Virus record (IMG/VR): IMGVR_UViG_3300025921_000002
Span: 10,997 to 74,996 of that record
DNA: 64,000 nt
Reading direction: 5' to 3' (one strand)
DNA from: a virus
A program made the position numbers and the translations under genes. Positions 19,858 through 29,779 of the stretch are shown piece by piece. The notes beneath the pieces are model-generated. The model was not told the origin of the DNA and ran no database searches. It saw nothing but the letters and a program-made list of their open reading frames with translations. Positions within the stretch are counted from its first letter, which is position 1, and each line of letters starts with the position of its first letter.

Positions 19858-19892
19858 AAAGCAGGTTTGAATGGCCTGCTTTTTTTGTTTTT
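19858..19892 (+). terminator. rho-independent terminator
   Basis: AAAGCAGG-tttgaatgg-CCTGCTTT followed by a T-run. Confidence 0.7.
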
Positions 19893-19941
19893 AATATCTG
19901 AAATATTCTTTACATTTACTACGGTATAACAAAAAAGAATA

Positions 19942-20598
19942 ATGGCGGTTTCGATTGATTACGTTCACCAACTTGTTTACGATCTTGCGGCTAAACAGCT
20001 CGCCTCGTTCCCAAGTCCGAACGATTTTAATAATTACGCTGAACTTGCATCCATAGACCTTTTTAACTACTATAACGACGAAAGAAACAAAGAGTTGATA
20101 GATGTTAAAATGGGGCAGACTATAAATATCCCTAACACACTTTCAGACTTTGTTGTTTATCAGGCCGTAATGGAGCAAAGCGGGAATGAGTTTTTATACC
20201 CCGATGATTTCATGTATGACTTGGCTTTAACAAACAGCGTATCGAAAGCAGATTTCAAAAAAGTTGACCCTGATAAGATATTCAACTATATCAACAGCAC
20301 GATTGATGCGCCAAGTTTGGACTTTCCGATTTATATGCCCCTTGATCAAAGCAGGGTAGTGGTTTATCCTACGGTAATTCCATCGTTAACGTATCTTAGA
20401 AAACCAATAACACCCGTTTGGGCTTATACAGTAATAAATAATAGACCTGTTTATGACCCGCTAACAAGCGTAGACTTTGACTGGAGTCCGACAGAGGTTT
20501 ACAGGCTTACAATGAGAATATTAAACTACTTTGGAATTTCTATTAGGGATACCGAGCTTATGCAAGAGGCACAACAATTAACCATAGGAGCAAGCTAA
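19942..20598 (+). CDS. tail ring / head-tail connector protein
   Basis: SPNDFNNYA...YLRKPITPVWAY...ILNYFGISIRD, typical of crAss-like ring proteins (P22 gp4-like role). Confidence 0.7.
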   Translation: MAVSIDYVHQLVYDLAAKQLASFPSPNDFNNYAELASIDLFNYYNDERNKELIDVKMGQTINIPNTLSDFVVYQAVMEQSGNEFLYPDDFMYDLALTNSVSKADFKKVDPDKIFNYINSTIDAPSLDFPIYMPLDQSRVVVYPTVIPSLTYLRKPITPVWAYTVINNRPVYDPLTSVDFDWSPTEVYRLTMRILNYFGISIRDTELMQEAQQLTIGAS

Positions 20599-20599
20599 G

Positions 20600-21250
20600 A
20601 TGGCATTAACTACGAAATTAGAGGTTGTTCAGGAAATACTATACGAGGTATTCGGGGGAATGCAATCCAACCAATCCGCTATTTCCGAAAATTTCATTTT
20701 GCGTAAGTTAAATGACCGGATAGCAGAAGCGGCGGTTAAGTCTGCTTTTGGCTCTTATAATCTCGATGGATGCGTTTGTGTTGATGATATATTCAATCTT
20801 ACCTATTCAGCGTTAACATTGCTTACAGATAGCAATAACGGGCTTAAATATGTGGTACTACCAACGCAGCCAATAGGCTTACCGTCCGGAAGGGCTTTTA
20901 ATGTTTATCCACCTAATAATTTGGGCGGTATTCAGCAAAGCACATTCAAACCAATTTCGAGAGGTGAAGTGACCTATATAAGAAGTTTACCGGTAATAAA
21001 AAAGATATTCCACTTTGTTGAAAACGGAAGGTTATACATCATTGATAATTACAATTTGAGCCAATATTTCCCTACGCTGAATATGACTGTCACTTCTTCG
21101 GGGGCAAATAACCTGACAGATATACTTAACTTGCCCGATGATATGATAGCCGGAGTCAAAATGTTAGTAATACAGGATTGCAAACAAATGATGATGTTAG
21201 CAGATACAACGCCACTCCCACAAAGCGATGCACCAGAACCAAGAAACTAA
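20600..21250 (+). CDS. tail ring protein
   Basis: synteny and size; ENGRLYI and LNLPDDM motifs. Confidence 0.6.
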   Translation: MALTTKLEVVQEILYEVFGGMQSNQSAISENFILRKLNDRIAEAAVKSAFGSYNLDGCVCVDDIFNLTYSALTLLTDSNNGLKYVVLPTQPIGLPSGRAFNVYPPNNLGGIQQSTFKPISRGEVTYIRSLPVIKKIFHFVENGRLYIIDNYNLSQYFPTLNMTVTSSGANNLTDILNLPDDMIAGVKMLVIQDCKQMMMLADTTPLPQSDAPEPRN

Positions 21251-22015
21251 ATGGAAAATACACTATCACCACTTATAAGCCTCGATGAGATAGTTAACGG
21301 TTATCTCGATCAACATCAAAGGCCACAAGGCCAATACAGGCGCATATACAGCATTGCTATTCGTGGTTATAGGTTATTCTACCGTGATAGTTTAGGCTTG
21401 CCTAAAAGCGTTACATTGCCCATACAGGCAAATGGTGTAGCTACCCTACCAACTGATTTTATGAGTAAGATACAGATAGGCGTTTTAAATGAAAGGGGTG
21501 AATTTGCTTCGCTTGTAGAAGATAATAACCTATCGCTTACAGATGCGGTTTCTTCGGACAGGCTTAGTCAAAAACAATACCATACCCAATACGATAACAC
21601 CGATTATATTTTAGGTTTCGAGGACTTTAATAACGGAGTTTATCCCGGTTGGGGTTACGGTCAATTAGGTGTTGGTGGGAATAACCTTATTGGAAGCTAC
21701 CGTATAGACTACACCGACAGGGTAATTGTACTTAACTTTCATTACAGGCCGACAAACCTAATATTAGAGTATTTGGCTATGCCGACCAATAACGGGGAAT
21801 ATGCAGTACATCCTTTCTTTCAAGAGGCGCTAATAGCTTATATCAGGTGGCAGGACAGCGTAGGTAACAAGACTATTGGGATAAGCCAACAAAGGGATAA
21901 TAAGGCTATTTATGATATGGAGTATAAGAATGCAAGGAGAGCCATGCAGCCATTCGATCCGTCCGATGCTTCAAATCAATATCGTAAAAGCCAACGTATG
22001 GCCGTAAAATCATAA
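21251..22015 (+). CDS. tail ring protein
   Basis: ISLDEIVN, LPTDFM, LILEYL, VHPFFQEALIAYI motifs of crAss-like ring proteins. Confidence 0.65.
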   Translation: MENTLSPLISLDEIVNGYLDQHQRPQGQYRRIYSIAIRGYRLFYRDSLGLPKSVTLPIQANGVATLPTDFMSKIQIGVLNERGEFASLVEDNNLSLTDAVSSDRLSQKQYHTQYDNTDYILGFEDFNNGVYPGWGYGQLGVGGNNLIGSYRIDYTDRVIVLNFHYRPTNLILEYLAMPTNNGEYAVHPFFQEALIAYIRWQDSVGNKTIGISQQRDNKAIYDMEYKNARRAMQPFDPSDASNQYRKSQRMAVKS

Positions 22016-22031
22016 TACGATGTGCGCGGTA

Positions 22032-25000
22032 ATGAAGGATTTCAAGATGTTCCAAGCCGGGGGTTTGGATTATGATAGCGCAGTTGAAGTCCGTGCTAAA
22101 AATGATTATTTTCCAGCGTTTAACATTCGCCCTCAAGGGGTAGCAGGCTTAGACGAGGGGTATATAGCTAACATTGAGTCTAATCAGCTTCTTTCAGCCT
22201 CGGTAGCCCCCGGAATATCCCGTTGCATAGGTTCAGCGGGTTTTGAGTCAGCAAGGTTTGGCGTGGGTATTTATTTTAATTCAGCAGGCTATAATCAAAT
22301 AAGGAAAGTTGACTACGATACCGACACGGTTACTACGATTGATATTTCAGCGTGGCCTTTAAGCCCTCAAAACTACGTCAACGACATTAAGTTAGTCAAT
22401 AACGAATTTTTGTTGATGAATGACGGACATAACCCACCATTCTACGTTAACCTACCTGCACTGGAAGCAGGCGACTATGGGGAAACAACGGCAACAGACT
22501 TTATGTTAGCCAAGCCGCAGCCGTGGTATCCTGCCTCGGCTTCTTATAGCGATGACGCAAGCAGGGCTGTAAATCTTCTCAATACCAAGTTATTCAGGTT
22601 CAGAACACAGTTTATAGGACTTTATAACGAACCAAGTATAGATGGGGTTATTTCACCGCTATTCATCCCCGAAGAACAGTCTACACCGAGGGTCGGAACA
22701 GACGTAACCAAAAATAATAATCTAATTATAAAGGTTGACGCGGGAACAGACAGGGTAAAGACTTTGGTACTTGACGGGCAATACGGTGTAACGGATTGGT
22801 TTACGGTCAGGACAATAGACCGGGCAGATATACTTGCACTTCCTTTAAATATCGACATACCTACGCAAGTTTACGAGGCATACGACCCTGCTACAAACCT
22901 CTATACGTTCGTCTTTTATAACGATGGGTTATACGTAAACAAACCTGTACTTGAAACCGACCAACAGTATTCTAACGTTCCTATTACCGCAGGGGCATTA
23001 GAGATACTCAACGGCAACCAAGTAGTGTTTGGTGATATAACCACAGGTTATTACAAACCCGTAATAGACGTTTCGCTAAGCGCCACAAACTATAATCCCA
23101 ATTTAAGCCTGCCATTTACCGATTCAAGCCCGTTAAGGCAACTAATTGTTAACCCCGGTCAGTCAGGTTCGGGATTAGGCAACCACAAGAGGTTAGTACA
23201 AATAGAGTTTACAGGAGTCGTTCAGCAGGGAGATATATTAACCATCGTCATGGTTGACATACGAAACGCAGGGAATACACTGACTTATGTTTTCCCTTGT
23301 GACTTCGCAGAAAGCGGGGACACGGCACTATTTATTACCAATTTAGCCCCTGAAATAGCAAGCACAAGTGTTTACACCCCTACCGACGGTTTTACCATAG
23401 GTTTGAATATTGTAACGCAGCCTTTCTTTACGCTGCAATCTTCGACCATAACATTATTTAACCCCGGCTCAACTGTATTTAAATCCATACATGCTTTAAA
23501 ACTTAACTCATCCTATCAATTAGCTTTTGCGGGTTATGATTATTTCGGCAGACCTTTCCCTATAGTGACGGATGCCAGTTGGATATTAAAAACTAACTCT
23601 TACGGGCAGTCACACGGGGCAACGCCACAATTCAACTGGAAAATAAACACGCCAACCGCGCCGGAGGGGATGTATACTTACCAGTGGCTTATATCGCAAA
23701 ATAACACCCACCTGCAAGACCTGTATATGCTTGCTTCCATAATAGCCTATGAGGGGACATGGGATGCCACAGCAAACACCCCGACGCTTGCAGCAAACAC
23801 AGGAACTACGGGTTTCGTGTATAAGATTACTGGCCCCGGCTCACAGAATTTAGGTATGGGGGAAACGGCCTATATGACTAACGACTACGTGCTTTATAAT
23901 GGGTCGGCATGGACAGTTATCCCGGGAAGCTATGGTGACCTTTCAGATACCACAGCCTACTACTTTTACCTGAACTCACTTCAAGCGTTTAACGCAAGGA
24001 ACAATACCTCTATTTTAAACTACGACTACACGGTTAACGACAGGTGTACTTTAGCCTATTATGATGATGCCGGAAATATAAACTACTTCGACGGTGTAGT
24101 AAACCCGATTGTCGATGTGGCTGTTTTGGGTTATGATGCCTCGGTATTCTTTCTAAAGGTCAATAAGGCAAGTGGCTTTGACTCATCTACCATTGTAGGT
24201 AAAAATGTGATGCTTGAACTTTATACGCCAAAATCGGTTCAGTCAAGCCCCGAAGCACAGGTATTCTACGAAACAGGTGTGGTTTATAAAGTAATAGATG
24301 GCCAGTACGAAACCCTGCAAGGTGTAATAACAGACGGTGACGCCTACTTTAAAACAAGGCAAATCCCCGGCTCAATAGACCCAAATACCACTTATTCAAC
24401 GGTTGTTGAAGATTTTAACTTCTCTGATTTTTACCCGTCAAGGTATACTTCCTACGGCAGACCGAGAATAATTGATGATGTTTTAGGCAGGATTAGAAAA
24501 ATAGCCAATATCATTTACTCACAACAGTATATTGTAGGCTCAAAGAATAACGGGCTTCCTGTTTTCTACGTAGCAGACGTTTATGGCGAAGCAGGGGGAC
24601 AAACCTCATCTTCTTACGGGGCTATTGTTAAACTTATTCAGATAAACAACGAATTAATTGACCTGCAAGAGTTGAATCACGGCTCTATTCCGGTTTTTAT
24701 TAATATTATCGAAGATCAAATCGAACAGCAGAATGTAGCCATTTCTGAAAAGATACTCGGTAACATAAGATATACCTATTCAATTCACATTGGGGTAGGC
24801 GTAGCCAAAGAATCCATTGCCGTTTACAACAACATCATCTACTGGATAGACAGCAACAGAAGCGAGCCGATAAGGTGGAATAGCGCAAACGGGGCTATTC
24901 CTATCAACGAGAAGATGTCAAAATACTTTAGGCAAGTACTGGCAGCGGCTTACGCAGCCGGGCTTAAAGTTATTGGCTATTACGATATTTTCAACGACGA

Positions 25001-25907
25001 GTATGTCATAGCCATTCAAAGAGAAGATGGGACAGTACATGCTTTTGGCTTCAATGATACTAACTGGCAGTATAGGTTACAATTCTCGGTTTTACCGGGA
25101 GAAATAACCATTACCACAAACCCTTTACACAGCTCACCATCTTATAATAATGTTACAGGTATCGTTGTAATAACGCCAAGTGTCAATTATGTGGGCAGTG
25201 ATAGCTTCCAGTTCTCATTCGGTAACACCCATAGCCCAAGCACAAGGAACTTATGCTACAATTGGATTTCTGGGAGTGGTATAGTTTATGACTTTTACTT
25301 TAACGAGGTAAGTGGTGCGCCACAATCCACAGAAATAGCCTCCAACACCATTTCAGTGGGTGGAAATGATTATGCTGTACCAATAAGTATTGTTGGTACA
25401 AGTTCACCTGAATACTCAGTAAACGGCGGGGCGTGGACAAACGCATCCGGAACGGTAAATGCAGGCGATATTGTCCAAGTAAGGCTAATCAGTGCAGGCG
25501 CACCATCAAGTATAGAAACTGCCACGTTAACCATCGACAGCAAATCAGCAGAGTTCGATGTAGTAACAGGAACGGTAGATAATTTCGTGGTAGCACCGGG
25601 CAATTACGGGATAAGCATAAGAGGGGTGAATGATGTAACAACTACTGGAGTTCCACCATCACTAAGCACCATTAACGTTGCGCCGGGCAACACGCTAAAT
25701 ACGGCTTACACTGCGGTAACAGCAGGGCAGATACACGTAAATATATCAGGCACACCAGTTATCCCGGGACACGTCAGGATTTATACTTCGGTAGGTGGTG
25801 TTCCTTTCGATAATGCAAATTTAGTTACAGGGCAAACAATATATAGTTTAAATTTACCATCGGCAAGCGACCCAACGCAAATTAAAATTGGGACGGAAAC
25901 TTTTTAG
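22032..25907 (+). CDS. tail muzzle / stabilization protein, N-terminal part, with inserted accessory domains
   Basis: GGLDYDS, NQVVFGDITTGY, SYQLAFAGYDYFGR, YGAIVKL, ESIAVY..IYWIDSNR, VIGYYDIFNDEYV; lacks the usual C-terminal blades. Confidence 0.75.
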   Translation: MKDFKMFQAGGLDYDSAVEVRAKNDYFPAFNIRPQGVAGLDEGYIANIESNQLLSASVAPGISRCIGSAGFESARFGVGIYFNSAGYNQIRKVDYDTDTVTTIDISAWPLSPQNYVNDIKLVNNEFLLMNDGHNPPFYVNLPALEAGDYGETTATDFMLAKPQPWYPASASYSDDASRAVNLLNTKLFRFRTQFIGLYNEPSIDGVISPLFIPEEQSTPRVGTDVTKNNNLIIKVDAGTDRVKTLVLDGQYGVTDWFTVRTIDRADILALPLNIDIPTQVYEAYDPATNLYTFVFYNDGLYVNKPVLETDQQYSNVPITAGALEILNGNQVVFGDITTGYYKPVIDVSLSATNYNPNLSLPFTDSSPLRQLIVNPGQSGSGLGNHKRLVQIEFTGVVQQGDILTIVMVDIRNAGNTLTYVFPCDFAESGDTALFITNLAPEIASTSVYTPTDGFTIGLNIVTQPFFTLQSSTITLFNPGSTVFKSIHALKLNSSYQLAFAGYDYFGRPFPIVTDASWILKTNSYGQSHGATPQFNWKINTPTAPEGMYTYQWLISQNNTHLQDLYMLASIIAYEGTWDATANTPTLAANTGTTGFVYKITGPGSQNLGMGETAYMTNDYVLYNGSAWTVIPGSYGDLSDTTAYYFYLNSLQAFNARNNTSILNYDYTVNDRCTLAYYDDAGNINYFDGVVNPIVDVAVLGYDASVFFLKVNKASGFDSSTIVGKNVMLELYTPKSVQSSPEAQVFYETGVVYKVIDGQYETLQGVITDGDAYFKTRQIPGSIDPNTTYSTVVEDFNFSDFYPSRYTSYGRPRIIDDVLGRIRKIANIIYSQQYIVGSKNNGLPVFYVADVYGEAGGQTSSSYGAIVKLIQINNELIDLQELNHGSIPVFINIIEDQIEQQNVAISEKILGNIRYTYSIHIGVGVAKESIAVYNNIIYWIDSNRSEPIRWNSANGAIPINEKMSKYFRQVLAAAYAAGLKVIGYYDIFNDEYVIAIQREDGTVHAFGFNDTNWQYRLQFSVLPGEITITTNPLHSSPSYNNVTGIVVITPSVNYVGSDSFQFSFGNTHSPSTRNLCYNWISGSGIVYDFYFNEVSGAPQSTEIASNTISVGGNDYAVPISIVGTSSPEYSVNGGAWTNASGTVNAGDIVQVRLISAGAPSSIETATLTIDSKSAEFDVVTGTVDNFVVAPGNYGISIRGVNDVTTTGVPPSLSTINVAPGNTLNTAYTAVTAGQIHVNISGTPVIPGHVRIYTSVGGVPFDNANLVTGQTIYSLNLPSASDPTQIKIGTETF

Positions 25908-25938
25908 GAAAATAAATAAAATGAGTATATTTACAATA

Positions 25939-26022
25939 CCGACCGCAAGCGGATTTAAGAAACTTAAAGAGCCATTAAACGGGGGAGATGTCTTGCGGCG
26001 TTGAACCCGGTTAATGGTATTC
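25939..26022 (+). ncRNA. candidate pseudoknotted leader RNA of HNH gene
   Basis: CCG-ACCGCAAG-CGG hairpin whose loop pairs with CTTGCGG inside stem GCCATTAA/TTAATGGT; core GGGGGAGA...TTGAACCC; TATATTTA promoter box upstream. Confidence 0.65.
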
Positions 26023-26031
26023 TTTTTTAAA

Positions 26032-26472
26032 ATGAAACCGACTATATTTTCAGATGGTAGATTGTATGGGTTTACAAACGAACAAAGATTTAAAACTAAA
26101 TTTGAAGTAAATGAAGAAACAGGATGTTGGGAGTGGAATGGTAGAATTAATAAAGGTGGCTACGGAAAGTTCACTTTTAATAACAAAGAATTAACGGCTC
26201 ACAGAGTTTCATACATGCTACACAAAGGGGAAATACCTGATGGACTGCATGTATGCCATACCTGTGACGTAAGGCATTGCGTCAACCCAGATCATTTATG
26301 GTTGGGGACGAATGCTGATAATATGGCTGATAAAGTTAAAAAAGGGAGATTTGCAACAACCCATGGGACATACCAAATGTATTTTAGAAGAGGGTGTCGC
26401 TGTGAAATATGTGTAGATTGGTCAAGAAAAAGATATAGAAAAGGTGACCGGATTGACTCAAATAGAGAATAA
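26032..26472 (+). CDS. HNH homing endonuclease
   Basis: [37 protein letters not shown]; C-terminal CRCxxC. Confidence 0.9.
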   Translation: MKPTIFSDGRLYGFTNEQRFKTKFEVNEETGCWEWNGRINKGGYGKFTFNNKELTAHRVSYMLHKGEIPDGLHVCHTCDVRHCVNPDHLWLGTNADNMADKVKKGRFATTHGTYQMYFRRGCRCEICVDWSRKRYRKGDRIDSNRE

Positions 26473-27337
26473 CAGAATCATAATAGATTTAACCCAAGCG
26501 GCTTTATCTACCGGCTGGTCTGTTAATGGAAGCCAAGCTGACCATGTGCAGTGTAATGCCGGGGATATATTTTTGCTTGGCTACCCTCTTGTTGTAGGTC
26601 AATCCTACCGATATACCGTACAGGCAACAGTAAGTTCAGGCTATTTACAGGCTATGGGTGGCGTACAGCACACTACGGGAGGTTTTATTGAAGAAACTAT
26701 TGTTGCCACAGGAACACAATTCTTTTTTTACGCTAACGGTAACTGCACGATACAAGACTTCGTTATTGAAGCATTTGCCCCGACTGTAAGCATTTATGAG
26801 CAAAGTACGGTAGCTTTTTCAGAAAGGTTGAATAAATGGACTTCATTCTACACCAAACGCCCTGAAAGCGCCTATTCGATGTATAAAAAGACTTATGAAT
26901 GGCTTGAGGGTGATGTTTACCTTGTAGAAAGTGGGTCAAATGACAGGTGTAAGTTCTTTGGAGTACAATACCCTGCTACTATTTGGTTCTCTACAAATCA
27001 GCAACCAACGCTTGCTAAGACGTTTATGTCTATTAATTACCAAGCAAGCCAATTGTTAATAACACCACCAAGCGGAGTTTATACATCGACAGGGCAATAC
27101 TCGGAATTAATTGAGCAGGATTTCTTACAGGACACCTTAAACAACGGTGATAAGGTCTACTTTACGGAAGGCCTCGCACAGGCTTATTACATGAGGGCAA
27201 TCCCAGATATGATAGAGGGGCAACAATTGAAAGGCAATTATCTTGAAATGGGTTTGCAGACCACATCGCCAAGTTCAATATTGACTTTATTTAGCACAGA
27301 AATAGGTTATGTGCATTCTTACCAAAATATAAGATAA
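26444..27337 (+). CDS. tail muzzle / stabilization protein, C-terminal part
   Basis: [40 protein letters not shown] resemble the C-terminus of crAss-like stabilization proteins; only GTG/TTG starts available. Confidence 0.65.
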   Translation: MTGLTQIENNRIIIDLTQAALSTGWSVNGSQADHVQCNAGDIFLLGYPLVVGQSYRYTVQATVSSGYLQAMGGVQHTTGGFIEETIVATGTQFFFYANGNCTIQDFVIEAFAPTVSIYEQSTVAFSERLNKWTSFYTKRPESAYSMYKKTYEWLEGDVYLVESGSNDRCKFFGVQYPATIWFSTNQQPTLAKTFMSINYQASQLLITPPSGVYTSTGQYSELIEQDFLQDTLNNGDKVYFTEGLAQAYYMRAIPDMIEGQQLKGNYLEMGLQTTSPSSILTLFSTEIGYVHSYQNIR

Positions 27338-27354
27338 TTACATATATTTATACC

Positions 27355-27789
27355 ATGAATGAGGCGATTGCTTTAACGTACGAAGAAAACATTGAAGCGG
27401 TAAAGTTAGAAATGATTAAACTTGGCCTTAAAACGCCAAACGTGGAAGGATTTTTTACACCGGGGCTTTATACAAGGGTGGCTTTTTTTGACGCAGGAGA
27501 TTATATTATAAGCGAAAAGCATAAAACTGAACATCCTTTTTGCCTATTGAGTGGTAAGATACGAATAATTAACTTTGACGAGGGAGAACATGAGTTAGAA
27601 GCCCCGTTCATAGGCGTTACAGCCCCCGGAACGATACGCTTCGCGCAGGCAGTAACTAAAGTAGTTTGGGCAACGTTCCACCCTACTAAGATAAAAGTGA
27701 ATGGTGATTTTGAAGCGGCGGTTAAAAAGGTTGAGAAAAAGGTTATTGAAAAAGATAAAAGAAAGGAATTAAGAGTATGTCATGGGTAG
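27355..27789 (+). CDS. cupin-fold phage protein
   Basis: FTPGLYTR...HKTEH...APGTIR...WATFH, a family commonly found just before ejection genes. Confidence 0.7.
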   Translation: MNEAIALTYEENIEAVKLEMIKLGLKTPNVEGFFTPGLYTRVAFFDAGDYIISEKHKTEHPFCLLSGKIRIINFDEGEHELEAPFIGVTAPGTIRFAQAVTKVVWATFHPTKIKVNGDFEAAVKKVEKKVIEKDKRKELRVCHG

Positions 27790-28421
27790 CAGTTGCCGTA
27801 GCAGGCGCAACGTTAACATATAAAGTAGCTAAAGGTATTTCTGATAAGCACACCGCCAACCAGATTGATAAGGGCAATCCCTTTCCTACAGAAAACGTAC
27901 AGCCCGAATATCAGGAAAACGTTAATCAGGCACAGCAAATGGCTCAAACTGGCCTACCCGAACAGCAATATAATAACCAGCTTAATAATATTCAACGAAA
28001 CCAAGCGGGGGGCTTAATGGCTATTTCGCGCTCCGCTAACCCCGGTGCTAACGTAGCTTCTATATTAAGAACAGGCAACGACTCCACCAATACCCTGAAC
28101 GCACAGGACGCTATGATGCGTAACCGCAATCTTTTAAACCTTTTAAACCAAAGGATGCAACTGGCTCAACAAAAAGACAAGGCATGGGACTGGAATCATC
28201 AACAAAGATATTTACAGAACTTGGCCAAAGCCAACGCATACAGGAGCGCAGGTAATCAAAGCATCAATTCGGGGGTAAGCGAAGCCGCAGGAACAGTGAC
28301 AGCCGCTAATGGCGCAGGAGCATTTTCAGGAGGAGGTGGTGGTATGGGTGGAGGCGGTTATTCAGGCGGATTTACAGATAGTTCCGCAGGTACAGGTCAA
28401 CAATTTGCATCCTACGCATAA
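27777..28421 (+). CDS. ejection/pilot (internal virion) protein
   Basis: MSWVAVAVAG hydrophobic start, Q/N-rich coiled coil, Gly-rich C-terminus. Confidence 0.65.
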   Translation: MSWVAVAVAGATLTYKVAKGISDKHTANQIDKGNPFPTENVQPEYQENVNQAQQMAQTGLPEQQYNNQLNNIQRNQAGGLMAISRSANPGANVASILRTGNDSTNTLNAQDAMMRNRNLLNLLNQRMQLAQQKDKAWDWNHQQRYLQNLAKANAYRSAGNQSINSGVSEAAGTVTAANGAGAFSGGGGGMGGGGYSGGFTDSSAGTGQQFASYA

Positions 28422-29779
28422 TGGCAGAGATACAACCAAACTGGAACTCTTATTACAGCCCACAGGCTTACGATACCTTTAAAGGCAATCCCGGCCTCGA
28501 CGACCTTAATAAACGCTATGCCCAAATAGAAAAGGATAGGGAACTTGACAGACAGTTATTAGGTCAGCAAATCTCTAAAATGAACTTTGGTGGCGTTAAG
28601 CCTGCCGACGTGGGTGACCTGCAAAACCAGTACAACGATATTCTAAACGCCTATCAAAAGGCAAGGTCAATCACCGACCCTATGAAACGGGCGCAACTGA
28701 CTATGGAGTTGAGGCAGAAGATGAACGGTCTGCAATATAACGTGGAGAATAAAAAAGAGAACCACAGTCAGGAATTAAAGATGTTCGAGCAAATGAACCA
28801 TCCTAATGCTTTCCCGGCTGACAACGCACAACAATTAGTAGGTGATGTGATAGGTACACCAACCGGAAGCCCCGAATATCAAACAAAATTAGAGGCTTTC
28901 AGAAACGGTTGGCAGGATAAACCTGTTGACTTGGGAAAACTAACAACAACAGCCTTTACTAAAAACCTGACCAAAAGCACCAATTCAGGGCAAGAAATAA
29001 AAGACCCCGCGACAGGACTTTTCAGGAATCAGATTATCAAAACCTCTGATGTTCCAAAAGCCGCTTACACCAACGAGATTGTAAACAGCGCATTAGGCGA
29101 CAAAAGAACACTACATACCATAAGTAAGCTATACCCTGATTTGCCACCTGCACAAGCAGTTACACAATTTGCAAATGATAGTTATGAAGACCAAAAGCGT
29201 AAGTTGATAAGTGACACAACTTATAGCGCACCGCATATGAGTTATGACCAACATTTAGGCTTACAGGAAAATGCTGCAAGGCTTAAATCTAAATACCCAT
29301 CGTTCGGTCAACAGCAAAACCTTACACCAATTTATAGGCAAAAATTAGTTGGTGATATGTTGAATGGTGTGCCGGGAAGTGGCGAAACTTTAGTCAATAA
29401 ACTAAAAGCAGACCCATCCTATCAAAGACCTTTGGGTATTAAGGTAAATGGAGATAATATTCAATTTACAATACCCGATAAATTAAAAAATAAAATAGAT
29501 AGTGATGGAAAACCGTCGTGGCAGGTAGAAGTTCCTACACGGGTTGTTACAATTAATAAAAAAGACCCAAATGCAGATGTTCAGCTTAACGAATTAGTTA
29601 ACCAACTTACAGGCGAAAAAGTTGACATTTCCTCTTTAAGGACACAAGGCGGTAAAAAGCATGTTGCAGTTTCGGTTAGCAGTCAACCTGCAAAAGTAAC
29701 CAGTCAAGACGAATACAATAAAGTACCTAAGGGCACTCAATACATAGCACCTGATGGTAAAATTTATATCAAAAAATAA
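28421..29779 (+). CDS. ejection/cargo protein
   Basis: helical; ends VTSQDEYNKVPKGTQYIAPDGKIYIKK, a motif common in podovirus internal proteins. Confidence 0.6.
   Translation: MAEIQPNWNSYYSPQAYDTFKGNPGLDDLNKRYAQIEKDRELDRQLLGQQISKMNFGGVKPADVGDLQNQYNDILNAYQKARSITDPMKRAQLTMELRQKMNGLQYNVENKKENHSQELKMFEQMNHPNAFPADNAQQLVGDVIGTPTGSPEYQTKLEAFRNGWQDKPVDLGKLTTTAFTKNLTKSTNSGQEIKDPATGLFRNQIIKTSDVPKAAYTNEIVNSALGDKRTLHTISKLYPDLPPAQAVTQFANDSYEDQKRKLISDTTYSAPHMSYDQHLGLQENAARLKSKYPSFGQQQNLTPIYRQKLVGDMLNGVPGSGETLVNKLKADPSYQRPLGIKVNGDNIQFTIPDKLKNKIDSDGKPSWQVEVPTRVVTINKKDPNADVQLNELVNQLTGEKVDISSLRTQGGKKHVAVSVSSQPAKVTSQDEYNKVPKGTQYIAPDGKIYIKK

Noticed and set aside
25908-26472. Group I intron interrupting the muzzle gene
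   Set aside because: Only about 120 nt of non-coding sequence, taken up by a promoter and leader; no P7-like core recognised; the downstream ORF overlaps the HNH
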